Positions 49,280-60,440 of a stretch of 64,000 nt of DNA are shown one piece after another; position 1 is the first letter of the stretch, and every line of letters starts with the position of its first letter. This stretch comes from an uncultured Lachnospiraceae bacterium (GTDB lineage: Bacteria; Bacillota; Clostridia; Lachnospirales; Lachnospiraceae): positions 24,014 to 88,013 of the forward strand of contig CAMNOU010000012.1 in the NCBI GenBank assembly GCA_946546945.1. The letters are read 5' to 3'. The notes below the pieces were generated by a model. That model was not told the origin of the DNA, ran no database searches, and worked only from the letters and a program-made list of their open reading frames with translations. The position numbers and the translations under genes are program-made.

Positions 49280-50089
49280 TCACCGGTTTCTTCCGTAAAA
49301 ATACGTCGAAAAAAAGATAACTGACGCAATGATAATGATCATCGGTCCTGTCGCCATGTCTGTATAATAGGAAATAAACAGGCCGAGCACTCCTGAAAAC
49401 AGGGAGAATATGATCGAGAACAAGTGATATTCCCTGACATTTTCCGCGATGTTCCTGGCGGATGCGGCAGGCAGGATCAATAATGCGTTAATCAGCAGGA
49501 TTCCGATCCATTTAATCGACAGCATGACGATCAATGCGATAAATATCGAAAACAGGTTTTCTATCATCCTGATCCGGAAGTGTTTGCTCTTTGCAAGTGT
49601 TTTATGCAGACTGATCGCCTGAAGGCGATTATAGCAGACAATCCAGAAGACAACGGTTGCGATCAGAATCAGCAGCAGGTAAATAATTTCTCTTTTTGTT
49701 ATACTTAAAACATCTCCCAGCAGCAGGCTGGAATATTTGCTGAAATTACCTCCGCGCGACAGGATGGCAAGTCCGATGGCAATACAGCAGGATGAGAACA
49801 CAGAAATAAGCGTGTCCGTCGAAGCGGAGCTTTTTTCCTTGATCCAGTTCAGCAGAATTGCAAACGCGACGCCAAACAATACCATGGCCAGGTTGGTGTC
49901 CGGGATTCCGAAGATGATTCCGACTGCAATTCCTGTCAGAGCGGAATGTCCCAGAGCATCCGAAAAAAAGGCCATTTTGTTATTGACGACCATGGTCCCG
50001 AGCAGCCCGAACAGCGGGGAAATAATGAGGACCGCCGCAAAGGCCAGAATCATAAAGTCGTATTGAAAAAGGGATGTAAAAAGAGTCAT
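49280..50089 (-). CDS. znuB: metal (Zn/Mn) ABC transporter permease
   Basis: 269 aa, about 8 TM segments, ABC-3 family pattern (FFSDALGHSALTGIA). Confidence 0.85.
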   Translation of the reverse strand: MTLFTSLFQYDFMILAFAAVLIISPLFGLLGTMVVNNKMAFFSDALGHSALTGIAVGIIFGIPDTNLAMVLFGVAFAILLNWIKEKSSASTDTLISVFSSCCIAIGLAILSRGGNFSKYSSLLLGDVLSITKREIIYLLLILIATVVFWIVCYNRLQAISLHKTLAKSKHFRIRMIENLFSIFIALIVMLSIKWIGILLINALLILPAASARNIAENVREYHLFSIIFSLFSGVLGLFISYYTDMATGPMIIIIASVIFFSTYFYGRNR

Positions 50090-50091
50090 TC

Positions 50092-50895
50092 TTAGTTTCC
50101 CTCCTTTTTCAACGCGGCACGTCTCGGCTTATAATTATTCAGATCAAATGCGCCGAATACATTCAGAAATTCCGGGCTCTCATACACCTGCTGCACGGTT
50201 CCCTGGCGCGCGACCGTCTTTTCATCGATCAGAATGACCTGGTCCGCATATCGCGCAACATAATCGAGATCATGCGAAATCAGGATGACCGCCAGATCAT
50301 AGTGTTTTTTCAGCTCCGAAATGGTGTAGTAAAAAAGATCCATGCCATTCTGATCGATCCCCGAGACAGGCTCATCCAAAAGCAGCAGATCCGGCTCGTC
50401 CATGATCGCCATCGATAAGAGCACTCTCTGCGTCTCTCCTCCCGAAAGATTGCAGACTTGCTTATCGATCAGATCATCCGCCTGAAAAATCGCCAGATTC
50501 TCCCTGATTTTACGGTACAGGTTCTTATTTTTTTTCAGAAAGACCGGATAGTTGCTCTGATAGCACGCGATCATATCATACACACTGATCGGCGTCTTTT
50601 TTTCGATATTCAAAGACTGCGGCACGTAGCCGATTTTCATCTGAATCCCGATCCTGTTCAGGGTCTTTCTGTCATGCATCGAAAACTCTATTTTCCCGGT
50701 ATGGCCGACTTCCCCGAGAATCGCACGGATCAGCGTTGATTTTCCGGCCCCGTTTTTCCCGATAACAGCAGCCAGATTGCCGCAATGAATATGTAAATTT
50801 ATGTTTTTCAATATCTCCTGTTCGCCCACGGTCACCCCGAGATCCTTGATCCGGATACAGTGCAGACCGCACGGCTGGATAAGTTTTCCTGGCAT
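50092..50895 (-). CDS. znuC: metal ABC transporter ATP-binding protein
   Basis: Walker A GKNGAGKST, signature LSGGETQRVLL, Walker B LLLLDEP. Confidence 0.9.
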   Translation of the reverse strand: MPGKLIQPCGLHCIRIKDLGVTVGEQEILKNINLHIHCGNLAAVIGKNGAGKSTLIRAILGEVGHTGKIEFSMHDRKTLNRIGIQMKIGYVPQSLNIEKKTPISVYDMIACYQSNYPVFLKKNKNLYRKIRENLAIFQADDLIDKQVCNLSGGETQRVLLSMAIMDEPDLLLLDEPVSGIDQNGMDLFYYTISELKKHYDLAVILISHDLDYVARYADQVILIDEKTVARQGTVQQVYESPEFLNVFGAFDLNNYKPRRAALKKEGN

Positions 50896-50911
50896 ATTTC
50901 CTCCGCTCTTA

Positions 50912-51823
50912 TCATCTGTCCCCGGACATAGGATCCAGCTGTGACCGGATCAGCTCCAGGTTTGCTCTCATATGGGTCAGGTAACTGTCTTTATCTTCGT
51001 AATCTCCGCGATTCAGCGCGTCCAGATAAAGGACCTGTATGCCGGTTTCCCTCTCCATCATATCTCCCATCGCTTTTCCGTACAGTTCTTCAGCAAATAT
51101 GACCGGTACATTTTCTGTTTCTATTACTTGCAGAATCTGTGCCACCTCGCCCGCACTGACCTGCCGTTCTTCATCCAGGTCCAGGAGCGCAGCAACCTCC
51201 ATCCCATACTCTTCTGCCAGATATTCATACGCTTCATGGAACAGGACAACCGGTGTACCCGAAACAGATGCGTACAGATCCTGATATTCCTGCTGCAGAT
51301 CCTCAATCTCCCGGATATAGCGGTCTGCGTTTTCGGCATACTGATCCCGTCTGGATGCATCTGCCCTGCCGAGTCCGTCACAGATATTTCTTATCTGCTC
51401 CTTATACAGCTCCATGCTCATCCAGGCATGGGCATTGTCCTCCGTAAGAGAAATCCCTTCGCAGGCATTAATGACCGTCAGATCCGGATACTCCTTCGCG
51501 ATATCCTCCAGGAAGGATTCGATCCCCCCTCCATTTACGATAAAGATATCCGCTGTTGACAAAAGCTTCATATCCTCTGATGTCAGCTGATAATCGTGCA
51601 GGCAGCCGGTCTGCGGCTCACTTAAATTCTGCAGTCTGACTCCCCCGCATGCATCCGTAACATTGGCGGCCGCAATATACACCGGATAAAAAGATGTGAC
51701 GACATTCAGCTCCTCCGCCGCTGCCGAATGCCCTTTCCTGTGAACATACAGAGATGTCAGTCCCGCGGAAACTGCCAGAATGACCGCCAGCAGAATGCCG
51801 ACATAAACATATTTATTTTTCAT
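50912..51823 (-). CDS. znuA: metal ABC transporter substrate-binding protein (ZnuA/TroA family)
   Basis: 303 aa with a signal anchor. VVTSFYPVY, HDYQLT and HAWMS are metal-ligand motifs. Confidence 0.85.
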   Translation of the reverse strand: MKNKYVYVGILLAVILAVSAGLTSLYVHRKGHSAAAEELNVVTSFYPVYIAAANVTDACGGVRLQNLSEPQTGCLHDYQLTSEDMKLLSTADIFIVNGGGIESFLEDIAKEYPDLTVINACEGISLTEDNAHAWMSMELYKEQIRNICDGLGRADASRRDQYAENADRYIREIEDLQQEYQDLYASVSGTPVVLFHEAYEYLAEEYGMEVAALLDLDEERQVSAGEVAQILQVIETENVPVIFAEELYGKAMGDMMERETGIQVLYLDALNRGDYEDKDSYLTHMRANLELIRSQLDPMSGDR

Positions 51824-52416
51824 CAGGATTCCTCTTCTAAAAGACGGTTCACAAGGTCCCAGATCTCTTCTCTCCCCTGTCTGGTCTGGGCGGAAAAGGG
51901 AATAATCACAGTCCCGGGTTCTGTGTTCAATCCGTTTCTGATCGCTTTCAGCTGCTTTTGCAGCTGGCTTTTCTTAATTTTGTCCAGTTTCGTAGCGATA
52001 ATGATCGGATGGAAGCCCTGATAGACCATCCATTCATACATCATTTTATCATTGGCAGACGGATCATGCCGAATATCGACCAGCAGGAAAACTGCCCTGA
52101 GCTGCTTTGAGGTATTCAGATATTTTTCAATCATCTTTCCCCACTTTTCCTTTTCCGTCTGGGAAACCTTCGCGAAACCGTATCCGGGCAGATCGGTCAG
52201 ATACAATTCATCATTAATATTATAGAAATTAATGGTCTGCGTCTTCCCCGGCTGTCCGGATGTGCGTGCCAGCGATTTCCGGCACATCAGGACATTGATC
52301 AGCGAGGATTTTCCGACATTTGATTTTCCCGCAAAGGCTATTTCAGGCTTTGTATTCTCCGGAAGTTTGCTTGTATATCCGCAAACCGTCTCCAGAGCAG
52401 CATTTCTGATAATCAT
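51823..52416 (-). CDS. engB: ribosome biogenesis GTP-binding protein YsxC/EngB
   Basis: G1 GKSNVGKSS, G3 DLPGYG, G4 TKLDK. Follows lon, as in Bacillus. Confidence 0.93.
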   Translation of the reverse strand: MIIRNAALETVCGYTSKLPENTKPEIAFAGKSNVGKSSLINVLMCRKSLARTSGQPGKTQTINFYNINDELYLTDLPGYGFAKVSQTEKEKWGKMIEKYLNTSKQLRAVFLLVDIRHDPSANDKMMYEWMVYQGFHPIIIATKLDKIKKSQLQKQLKAIRNGLNTEPGTVIIPFSAQTRQGREEIWDLVNRLLEEES

Positions 52417-52442
52417 CCTTTCTCCTTTCTCTGAACCTGCCC

Positions 52443-54755
52443 TTAACGCAGTGCAATCTTCAGTACCTGCTCCATATGGCTGACGAACCGGATATCTAGT
52501 CCGTCTTTGATCTCATCATCTATCTCAGCAACATCCGGCTCGTTTTTTTCCGGAACGCAAACGATCCGGATGCCCGCCGTTTTTGCTGCCAGAAGTTTCT
52601 CTTTCAGTCCGCCGATCGGGAGTACTCTCCCGCGAAGCGTGATCTCACCAGTCATAGCGACATCTGACCGTACTTTTCGTCCGGTAATCGCTGACAGCAT
52701 TGCCGTTGCCATGGTAATGCCGGCAGAAGGGCCGTCCTTGGGAACAGCTCCCTCCGGAATATGTATATGAATATCATTTTCAGAGAAAAAATTGTGATCA
52801 ATATGGTAAGTTTCGCTTACCGAACGGATGTAGCTGATTCCGGCCTGGGCAGATTCCTTCATAACATCTCCCAGCTGACCGGTCAGTTTGAATTCTCCTT
52901 TCCCGGGCATGATATTCACTTCGATCTGCAGGGTCGTCCCGCCCACACTGGTCCATGCCAGGCCCCGGACGATTCCTGCTTCGTCTTCTTCATTCTTCTT
53001 GTCGACGCGGTAGCGTTCTTTCCCCAGATATTTTTCCAGCTGTTCTCTGGTCACAGATACACACTGGCAGTTCTCTTCATAAATATCGCGCGCCGCCTTG
53101 CGGCAGATCTGCCCGATTTTGCGCTCCAGTGAACGCACACCCGCTTCTCTGGTATAGGAATCTATCATTGTCTGCAGCGCTTCATCAGTAATCATCAGCT
53201 GTTCCGGAAGCAGACCGTTGATCCGCTTCTGTTTTTCAATCAGATGCTCTTTTGCGATATGCATCTTTTCATTGGCTGTATAGCTGCTGACTTCAATCAG
53301 TTCCATACGGTCAAGCAGAGGTTTCGGTATCATCTGCATATCATTGGCTGTAGCGATGAACAATACCTCCGAAAGATCGACCGGCATATCCACATAGTGA
53401 TCATTGAAGCGGACATTCTGTTCTGAATCCAGAACTTCAAGCATTGCCGAAGCCGTGTCCCCTTTATAATCACTGCTCATTTTATCAATCTCATCCAGCA
53501 GCATCAGAGGATTCTTCACCCCTGCGTTTTTGAGCCCCTGAACGATTCGCCCCGGCATAGCTCCCACGTAGGTTCTCCTGTGCCCTCTGATTTCCGCCTC
53601 ATCCCGGACTCCGCCAAGACTGATCCGGACATACTGTTTTTCCAGTGCGCGCGCTACGGACTTCGCAACGCTTGTCTTTCCGGTTCCGGGAGGTCCTACC
53701 AGACACAGGATCGGGCTTGCTCCTCCATTCGTAAGATGCCGGACCGCCAGGAATTCCAGCACCCGTTCTTTTACTTTTTCCAGACCATAATGGTCTTCAT
53801 CCAGGACTTTCTGCGCATTTTTCAGATCCGTGTTGTCCTCAGAGCGTTTATTCCACGGAAGTTCCAGCATCGTCTCCAGGTAAGTCCGCAAAACAGTGCT
53901 CTCAGCAGCATTCCCGGAAACAGATTTCAAACGCCGGATCTCTTTTCTCAGACGTTCCCGTACATAATCCTCTGCCTCCAGTTCCTCAACAGAACGTTCG
54001 AACTGCTCAATTTCAGAGTCCATATCATCTTCTCCGAGTTCCTCCCGGATTACCTTGATCTGTTCCCTTAAAATATACTCCTTTTGATTCTTGTCAACGC
54101 GCTCTCTTACCTTTTGCTGAATCTCATTTTTGATTCTCATGACATCAGTTTCTTTGATCAGCGTTGCCATAAGTACTTCATACCGCTCATCCGGCCGGAC
54201 CGCATTGAGAATCTCCTGTTTCTTCTGGAACGGAATCGGCAGACTGTTCCCGACGATATCCATAAAGGAATCCAATTTTGTCAGGCCCTCCATCTGCTTT
54301 CTCAGTTCGTTGCCGACCTGCGGATTTGCATTCACATATTCCACCAGCGTCTCCTGAAGACTTCTGAGCATGGCTTCCTCCACATCAGCCGGAATCGGCA
54401 CAGATTCATTGGTAAAAAGAACGATCTGTGCCCGAAGGTATGCTTCCTCTTCCATAAAATAAGCAAGTTCTGCTCTGCGCAGTCCGTCAACGATGACGCG
54501 GACAACATCATTCTGAAGCTTTATGATCTGTTTGATCGAAGCAATCGTTCCAATCCGGTATACCTGTTCCTCATCCGGATCCTCTGCCTGTATATCCTTC
54601 TGTGTCACGAGAAAAATCCTGCCGCCTGCGCGCATGGCCTCTTCGACCGCCCGCACAGATTTTTTCCGGTTTATGTCAAAGTGGGTCACCGCCCCCGGTA
54701 AAATGCAGACACTTCGCAGCGCCACTGCCGGCATTTCCTGTAAAAGTTCACTCAT
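52443..54755 (-). CDS. lon: endopeptidase La (Lon protease)
   Basis: LON N-domain, AAA+ GPPGTGKTS, and protease motif PKDGPSAGITMATA. The ATG at 54755 (MSELLQEMPAVAL) follows AAGGAG; the track ORF starts at an upstream GTG (54833). Confidence 0.95.
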   Translation of the reverse strand: MSELLQEMPAVALRSVCILPGAVTHFDINRKKSVRAVEEAMRAGGRIFLVTQKDIQAEDPDEEQVYRIGTIASIKQIIKLQNDVVRVIVDGLRRAELAYFMEEEAYLRAQIVLFTNESVPIPADVEEAMLRSLQETLVEYVNANPQVGNELRKQMEGLTKLDSFMDIVGNSLPIPFQKKQEILNAVRPDERYEVLMATLIKETDVMRIKNEIQQKVRERVDKNQKEYILREQIKVIREELGEDDMDSEIEQFERSVEELEAEDYVRERLRKEIRRLKSVSGNAAESTVLRTYLETMLELPWNKRSEDNTDLKNAQKVLDEDHYGLEKVKERVLEFLAVRHLTNGGASPILCLVGPPGTGKTSVAKSVARALEKQYVRISLGGVRDEAEIRGHRRTYVGAMPGRIVQGLKNAGVKNPLMLLDEIDKMSSDYKGDTASAMLEVLDSEQNVRFNDHYVDMPVDLSEVLFIATANDMQMIPKPLLDRMELIEVSSYTANEKMHIAKEHLIEKQKRINGLLPEQLMITDEALQTMIDSYTREAGVRSLERKIGQICRKAARDIYEENCQCVSVTREQLEKYLGKERYRVDKKNEEDEAGIVRGLAWTSVGGTTLQIEVNIMPGKGEFKLTGQLGDVMKESAQAGISYIRSVSETYHIDHNFFSENDIHIHIPEGAVPKDGPSAGITMATAMLSAITGRKVRSDVAMTGEITLRGRVLPIGGLKEKLLAAKTAGIRIVCVPEKNEPDVAEIDDEIKDGLDIRFVSHMEQVLKIALR

Positions 54756-54847
54756 CTTCTTCTCCTTTGCTTCCTGGCGGGACACTTCTGCGGCCATGGA
54801 AGTAAGGGCGGGGTCATTCATGACTCCGCCCACTAAACACTAACACA

Positions 54848-56089
54848 TTATGCTACACGGTATTCAATCTCAGCCGCTTTGCTTCCCTCAACTGCTGCTC
54901 TTGTGATCGTACATTTTACAATCCTGTCATCGGAAGGGATACGATACATCATATCCATCATGACATTTTCCATGATCGCCCGCAGACCTCTCGCTCCGGT
55001 TTTTCTTTCCAGAGACATCTCCGCGATGGCTTCCAGGGCTTCATCCTCAAAGACAAGTTCCACCCCATCCAGCTCAAACAGCTTCTGATACTGCTTGATC
55101 AGAGAATTCTTCGGCTCTTTCAGAATCCGGATCAGATCCTCTTTCTCCAGCGCCTCCAGCGAAACTGTGACAGGAACACGCCCCATAAACTCTGGAATCA
55201 TGCCATATTTTACGAAATCCTGGGGCAGCGCCTCCTTCAGGATCTCACTGACATTTTTATCATTTTTTACCATCAGTTCTGAGTTGAATCCAATCGACCC
55301 GCGGTCCATACGATTCTCAATCACGCGTTCAATTCCGTCAAAAGCTCCTCCGCAAATAAACAGGATATTTGTTGTATCGATCGGTATCAGTTCCTGCTGC
55401 GGATGTTTCCGTCCCCCCTGCGGCGGTACGGATGCAAGAGTCCCCTCGAGTATTTTCAGCAGCGCCTGCTGAACACCCTCTCCGGATACATCTCTTGTAA
55501 TCGAAGCATTCTCTGACTTTCTCGTAATTTTGTCAATCTCATCGATATAAATAATGCCATACTCTGCTTTTTCAATATCATAATCTGCTGCCTGTATGAT
55601 TTTCAGGAGGATATTCTCTACATCCTCTCCTACATATCCGGCTTCCGTCAGAGTGGTCGCATCCGCAATCGCGAACGGCACGTTCAGGATTCTTGCCAGA
55701 GTCTGCGCCAGCAGCGTCTTGCCGCAGCCGGTCGGCCCAAGCATCAGGATATTGCTCTTCTGAAGCTCTACATCCATATCTCTGTCCGCGAGGATTCTCT
55801 TATAATGATTGTATACTGCTACAGAAAGAACCTTTTTTGCCTGCTCCTGTCCGATGACATATTCATCCAGAAATGCTTTCAATTCTTCCGGCTTTAACAG
55901 ATTGATATCTGACTGGATCCTCTCTCTGTCTTCTCCCAGTTCTTCCTCCAGAATCTCATTGCAAATATCTACACACAGATCACAGATATACGTACCGTTG
56001 GTTCCGGCAATCAGCTTATTTACCTGATCCTGTGTTTTGCCGCAGAATGAGCAGTGAATTCTGCTATCCGTATTGTTTTTTCCAGCCAT
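54848..56089 (-). CDS. clpX: ATP-dependent Clp protease ATP-binding subunit ClpX
   Basis: Zinc ribbon CSFCGK...CDLC, Walker A GPTGCGKT, and the IGF-type loop GF. Confidence 0.97.
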   Translation of the reverse strand: MAGKNNTDSRIHCSFCGKTQDQVNKLIAGTNGTYICDLCVDICNEILEEELGEDRERIQSDINLLKPEELKAFLDEYVIGQEQAKKVLSVAVYNHYKRILADRDMDVELQKSNILMLGPTGCGKTLLAQTLARILNVPFAIADATTLTEAGYVGEDVENILLKIIQAADYDIEKAEYGIIYIDEIDKITRKSENASITRDVSGEGVQQALLKILEGTLASVPPQGGRKHPQQELIPIDTTNILFICGGAFDGIERVIENRMDRGSIGFNSELMVKNDKNVSEILKEALPQDFVKYGMIPEFMGRVPVTVSLEALEKEDLIRILKEPKNSLIKQYQKLFELDGVELVFEDEALEAIAEMSLERKTGARGLRAIMENVMMDMMYRIPSDDRIVKCTITRAAVEGSKAAEIEYRVA

Positions 56090-56102
56090 TTTACCTCCAA
56101 AT

Positions 56103-56687
56103 CTACTGTCTGTTCATAATCACCGTGTCGATCAGACCATATTCCTTTGCTTCCTCTGCCGACATGAAATTATCTCTTTCTGTATCAGCCGCGATCACAT
56201 CCAAAGGTTTGCCTGTATTTTCGGCCAGTATGCGATTCAGGCGTTCTTTCGTCTTCAGAATATTGTTTGCTACGATCTGAATATCGGTCGCCTGTCCTTT
56301 GGCTCCGCCGGAAGGCTGATGGATCATAATTTCCGCATTCGGAAGGGCGAAACGTTTTCCTTTGGCTCCGCCGGCAAGAAGAAATGCTCCCATGCTTGCC
56401 GCAAGTCCGATACAGATCGTCGACACATCACACTTGATGTACTGCATCGTATCATAAATGGCAAGCCCTGCGGATACGACTCCGCCGGGAGAATTGATAT
56501 AAAGCTGAATATCCTTGCCCGGATCCTCTGACTCCAGAAACAAGAGCTGGGCAACAGTAAGGCTTGCGGTCGTCTCATTTACTTCTTCGCCAAGGAAAAT
56601 GATTCTGTCTTTTAATAAACGGGAATAAATATCATAGTTGCGCTCGCCTCTGCTGGTCTGCTCAACAACATAAGGTACTAAACTCAT
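56103..56687 (-). CDS. clpP: ATP-dependent Clp protease proteolytic subunit
   Basis: 194 aa. RIIFLGEEV and [11 protein letters not shown] (catalytic Ser) motifs. Confidence 0.97.
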   Translation of the reverse strand: MSLVPYVVEQTSRGERNYDIYSRLLKDRIIFLGEEVNETTASLTVAQLLFLESEDPGKDIQLYINSPGGVVSAGLAIYDTMQYIKCDVSTICIGLAASMGAFLLAGGAKGKRFALPNAEIMIHQPSGGAKGQATDIQIVANNILKTKERLNRILAENTGKPLDVIAADTERDNFMSAEEAKEYGLIDTVIMNRQ

Positions 56688-56702
56688 AGTGGTATGCCTC
56701 CT

Positions 56703-56738
56703 AAAAACAGCAGACCGGCCAGGCCGGCACGATCTGCT
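56703..56738 (-). terminator. hairpin plus U-tract between tig and clpP
   Basis: Minus strand AGCAGA-ucgug-CCGGCC-u-GGCCGG-UCUGCU followed by GUUUUU. Confidence 0.55.
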
Positions 56739-56774
56739 TATTGTTGACTCTTTATTTCATCCGGGCAGTCAGGA

Positions 56775-58121
56775 TTACTCCTCCCCGCCGTTTTCCTCTT
56801 TTGCTTCTTCTCCGGCTGCGTCCTCAGCTTTTGCCTGGGGCTGCATGCCTTCGGTAATGATGTTCAGAGCACGCTCACAGGAGATATCGATCTTCATGTT
56901 TTCCTTCTCGTCCTCTCCCATATAGCTCTTTAACTGCTCAACTTCCATCTTGTATGCCTCAGCCATCTTTGCGAGCTCAGCATCGATGTCTTCCTCGGAA
57001 ACCTCAATATTTTCCGCTTTTGCAATGGCATCCAGTACCAGATCGCTCTTAATGCGCTTTTCCGCATCCGGGCGGATCTGCTCACGAAGCTGGTCGATGG
57101 TCGATCCGGACATCTGCATATACTGATCGATGGAAAGACCGCTCTGTGCCATCTGCTGTGCGAACTGATTGATCATGTTATCGCACTGGGTCTGAATCAT
57201 AGCTTCGGGAATGTCCATCTGAGAATCCTCGATGACTTTCTCGAGAGCCTCATCCTGCTGAACGCGCTTTGCGTTGGCAGCTTTCTGCTCTTTCAGTTTC
57301 GCTTTAACACTCTCTTTGTACTCATCAACGGTATCAAATTCGGATACATCCTGTGCAAACTCATCATCCAGCTCAGGGATCTCTTTGGTCTTGATCTCAT
57401 GGATCTTTACTTTGAAGACAGCGTCTTTGCCTGCAAGATCTTTCGCGTGATATTCCTCCGGGAATGTAACATTTACATCCAGCTCATCGCCGGTATTCTT
57501 TCCGATCAGCTGATCCTCAAATCCCGGAATGAACTGTCCGGAACCAATCTCCAGAGAATGGTTCTCTGCCTTTCCGCCGTCGAAAGGAACTCCGTCCACA
57601 GTTCCCTCATAATCAATAACAGCGGTATCCCCTTTCTCGACAGCTCTGTCCTCTACAGTAACAAGACGCGCATTGTTCTCGCGCTCTTTATTGATCGCAG
57701 TGTCCACTTCTTCATCGGAAACCTCTGTGTCGATCTCTGTAACAGTAACGCCGACATATTTGCCCAGTGTCACTTCCGGTTTTACAGCAACCTGTGCTGT
57801 GAAAATAAAGGGATTGCCCTTCTCGATCTGGACAATATCAATAACAGGTCTGGATACAATATCCTGTCCGCTTTCTTTTGCGGCATCGCTGTATGCCTGC
57901 GGGATCAGATCATTGGCAGCATCCTCATAGAACACGGCCGGTCCATACATCTTCTCAACGATCTGTCTGGGCACTTTTCCCTTACGGAATCCGGGAATGC
58001 TGATGCTTTTCTTCTGCTTATTGTAAGCTCTCTGCAGTGCTTTCTCCAGTTCTTCCGCCGGCACCTCAATGGTCAGCTTTACTGTATTCTTCTCCTCTAA
58101 GTTCTCAACCTGTACGCTCAT
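56775..58121 (-). CDS. tig: trigger factor
   Basis: 448 aa. GFRKGKVP ribosome-binding motif and a central FKBP-type PPIase domain. Confidence 0.96.
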   Translation of the reverse strand: MSVQVENLEEKNTVKLTIEVPAEELEKALQRAYNKQKKSISIPGFRKGKVPRQIVEKMYGPAVFYEDAANDLIPQAYSDAAKESGQDIVSRPVIDIVQIEKGNPFIFTAQVAVKPEVTLGKYVGVTVTEIDTEVSDEEVDTAINKERENNARLVTVEDRAVEKGDTAVIDYEGTVDGVPFDGGKAENHSLEIGSGQFIPGFEDQLIGKNTGDELDVNVTFPEEYHAKDLAGKDAVFKVKIHEIKTKEIPELDDEFAQDVSEFDTVDEYKESVKAKLKEQKAANAKRVQQDEALEKVIEDSQMDIPEAMIQTQCDNMINQFAQQMAQSGLSIDQYMQMSGSTIDQLREQIRPDAEKRIKSDLVLDAIAKAENIEVSEEDIDAELAKMAEAYKMEVEQLKSYMGEDEKENMKIDISCERALNIITEGMQPQAKAEDAAGEEAKEENGGEE

Positions 58122-58452
58122 TCGTCATTTCCTCCTGGTATTATCATTATGCAGCTGTACGCCCTTCGCCTGATAGTGCAGATTGCAGAAATCCATGATA
58201 AAAAAAGGCGCACTACGGCCGCTTACAGTCATTTAGGAATTATAACATAGCAAAATGCTAAATGCAAGCATAAATCCAACATGCTTTCTCCATTCTGCAG
58301 CCCCGCCTCTTCCAGTGATTTCCAGTTATATATTTCTTTGTGCTGTTCATACTAGCATCAAGACAGCAAGCTTATGATCAGAACAAATCAGCTCTGACGG
58401 ATAAGCCTTCTGCCTTTATTATAGAGAAGACATATTACGGAGGTGTAAAAAC

Positions 58453-58665
58453 ATGAGTAGTTCTTCTAACAGCTCAAACAAGATGAGCGTACCCGAATCA
58501 AAGGGTGCTATGGATCGTTTTAAACAGGAAGTAGCTTCTGAGCTGGGTGTTACCCTGAAAGATGGTGACAACGGTGATCTTACTTCCCGTGAAGCCGGTT
58601 CGATCGGCGGCGAGATGGTTCGCAAAATGATCAAAAAACAGGAAGAGCAGATGTCCAATAAGTAA
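58453..58665 (+). CDS. alpha/beta-type small acid-soluble spore protein
   Basis: 70 aa. KQEVASELGV and TSREAGSIGGEMVRKMI are SASP signature segments. GGAGG RBS. Confidence 0.92.
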   Translation: MSSSSNSSNKMSVPESKGAMDRFKQEVASELGVTLKDGDNGDLTSREAGSIGGEMVRKMIKKQEEQMSNK

Positions 58666-58692
58666 TTGTAATCTGCGAGATCCTGCAAGCAG

Positions 58693-58725
58693 AAAAAAGG
58701 GCTGGAATATTCCAGTCCTTTTTTT
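58693..58725. terminator. bidirectional terminator between the SASP and DJ-1 genes
   Basis: AAAAAA-GGGCUGGAAUAUUCCAGUCC-UUUUUUU between convergent genes. Confidence 0.75.
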
Positions 58726-58749
58726 CGTGGTTCGATCCGGTATACCTGA

Positions 58750-59292
58750 TTACGGCATCATGGTGGATTGCCGGATTTCCTCTGCCTTTTTTTCACCCTC
58801 CAGATATCGTATAATCTCGACAGCGAAAGCTGCAGCAGTGCCCGGTCCCTTTCCCGTGATGAGATTTTTGTCAGTTTCTGTCTGATTCTCCGTCCAGAGA
58901 GCCTGCCCTTCCGGTCTGCATCCCGGATAACCCGCAGCCGTTTTCCCTTTTAACAATCCGGTTTCCGAAAGCATGCCGGGAGCGGCGCAGATTGCCGCAA
59001 CAAGCTTCCCTTCGTTCAGAAATCTTTCCGCAAGGCTGCGCACGCCTTTCACCGCACCGAGATCTGCCGTTCCCGGTCCGCCCGGAAAAACCACTCCGTC
59101 AAAGGAATCAAAATCCACCTCATCAAACACGGTGTCTGCATGAAAAACAATCTGATGGCTTCCATGGATCTGACGGTTCTTCGCCGCAGAAACCAGGGTG
59201 ACCTCTATGCCTGCGCGTCTGCAGAAGTCCACCGTTGTCAGGCATTCCACCTCTTCTGTATTATCCACCGCCAAAACTGCAATTTTACTCAT
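58750..59292 (-). CDS. DJ-1/PfpI family protein
   Basis: 180 aa. Nucleophile-elbow motif AAICAAP. Confidence 0.88.
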   Translation of the reverse strand: MSKIAVLAVDNTEEVECLTTVDFCRRAGIEVTLVSAAKNRQIHGSHQIVFHADTVFDEVDFDSFDGVVFPGGPGTADLGAVKGVRSLAERFLNEGKLVAAICAAPGMLSETGLLKGKTAAGYPGCRPEGQALWTENQTETDKNLITGKGPGTAAAFAVEIIRYLEGEKKAEEIRQSTMMP

Positions 59293-59402
59293 GATACCCC
59301 TTTCCCTTCTTCCCGTTTTCGACTATACTTAAAAGGACTGATTCCCTCAGTCCATTACAAACTATTCAATAACACTGAGATGATACAGGAGTCTTCAGCA
59401 TT

Positions 59403-59855
59403 ATGGAAATCGAACGTAAATTTTTAATTTCTTCTCTTCCCGAAAACCTTTCGTCCTATCCCTGCCGCCACATCGAACAGGGATATCTGTGTACGGATCC
59501 GGTCGTGCGGATCCGCAGGCAGGACAACGATTACATTCTGACTTACAAATCCGCCGGAATGATGAGCCGCGAGGAATATAACCTGCCTCTCACCGCCGAT
59601 GCCTATGAACATCTCAAATCCAAAACGGACGGCATTTATATCGCAAAAGACCGGTACTGCATCCCCTACGGGAAGCATACGATCGAGCTTGATATTTTCA
59701 AACAGGATGCAGCGCCGCTGATCATGGCTGAAGTAGAATTTGCCAGCGAAGAAGAAGCCGTTTCGTTCACTCCTCCTGCATGGTTCTCAACGGATGTGAC
59801 CTATGACTCCAGATACCATAACAGCTATATCAGCAGGCACGGATATACGCCTTAA
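59403..59855 (+). CDS. CYTH-domain (triphosphate tunnel metalloenzyme) protein
   Basis: 150 aa. N-terminal EIERKF (ExExK) signature. Confidence 0.85.
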   Translation: MEIERKFLISSLPENLSSYPCRHIEQGYLCTDPVVRIRRQDNDYILTYKSAGMMSREEYNLPLTADAYEHLKSKTDGIYIAKDRYCIPYGKHTIELDIFKQDAAPLIMAEVEFASEEEAVSFTPPAWFSTDVTYDSRYHNSYISRHGYTP

Positions 59856-60403
59856 CGCAGTCTGCTGTTCTCGTATCTGCTCCGGGTGCGCATACAGTAT
59901 TTCAGCTGTTCATACCGGTCGCTCAGATCCCCCTGCGGAATGGAAAAATCCATGACCACGGCAATATCGTCAATCAGCCGCTCCGTCACTTCCTCTTCCA
60001 TGTCACAGATGATCTTGTATTTCTCATCAAACTCTTCCGCGTCAAGGAAGCGTTCCAGCCAGGGATTGACCGGCTCAGAATCCATGCGGTCCGCATCCTG
60101 TTCCGGCTCCTGTTCCGGCTTCTGTTCTTTCTTCTCTTCTTTCTTCTCTTCCTGTCTGGCTTCTGCCGCATTTCCTATATAAGTGAAACGATACTTCTGT
60201 TCCACGTCCGGATACTTCTCGTGATCCACTTCACTTATGAACATATCATACGGCCGCACATAGGTCTTAAAATCTCCGTACAACGCCTGATAGACCACAT
60301 AGCGTTCCATCGTTTCCGAATGATACGCAATGGTAATGATCTGATAAACTCTGTTTTTAAAATGCCGGTATAATTCTCCCGGCAGCGGATGATTCTGTGC
60401 CAT
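59852..60403 (-). CDS. DUF1653-domain protein with acidic C-terminal extension
   Basis: The N-terminal ~70 aa (GELYRHFKNRVYQIITIAYHSETMERYVVYQALYGD) match the DUF1653 pattern. The rest is a K/E-rich linker plus about 60 aa. Confidence 0.75.
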   Translation of the reverse strand: MAQNHPLPGELYRHFKNRVYQIITIAYHSETMERYVVYQALYGDFKTYVRPYDMFISEVDHEKYPDVEQKYRFTYIGNAAEARQEEKKEEKKEQKPEQEPEQDADRMDSEPVNPWLERFLDAEEFDEKYKIICDMEEEVTERLIDDIAVVMDFSIPQGDLSDRYEQLKYCMRTRSRYENSRLR

Positions 60404-60440
60404 CTGTCATTCCTCACTTTACACAATTCAGATCTCCGGT

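Noticed and set aside
58300-58452. Sigma-G/sigma-F forespore promoter for the SASP gene
   Set aside because: CATACTA-like and CATATTA-like -10 strings are present, but I could not pair either with a convincing -35 at the right spacing. It is left uncalled.
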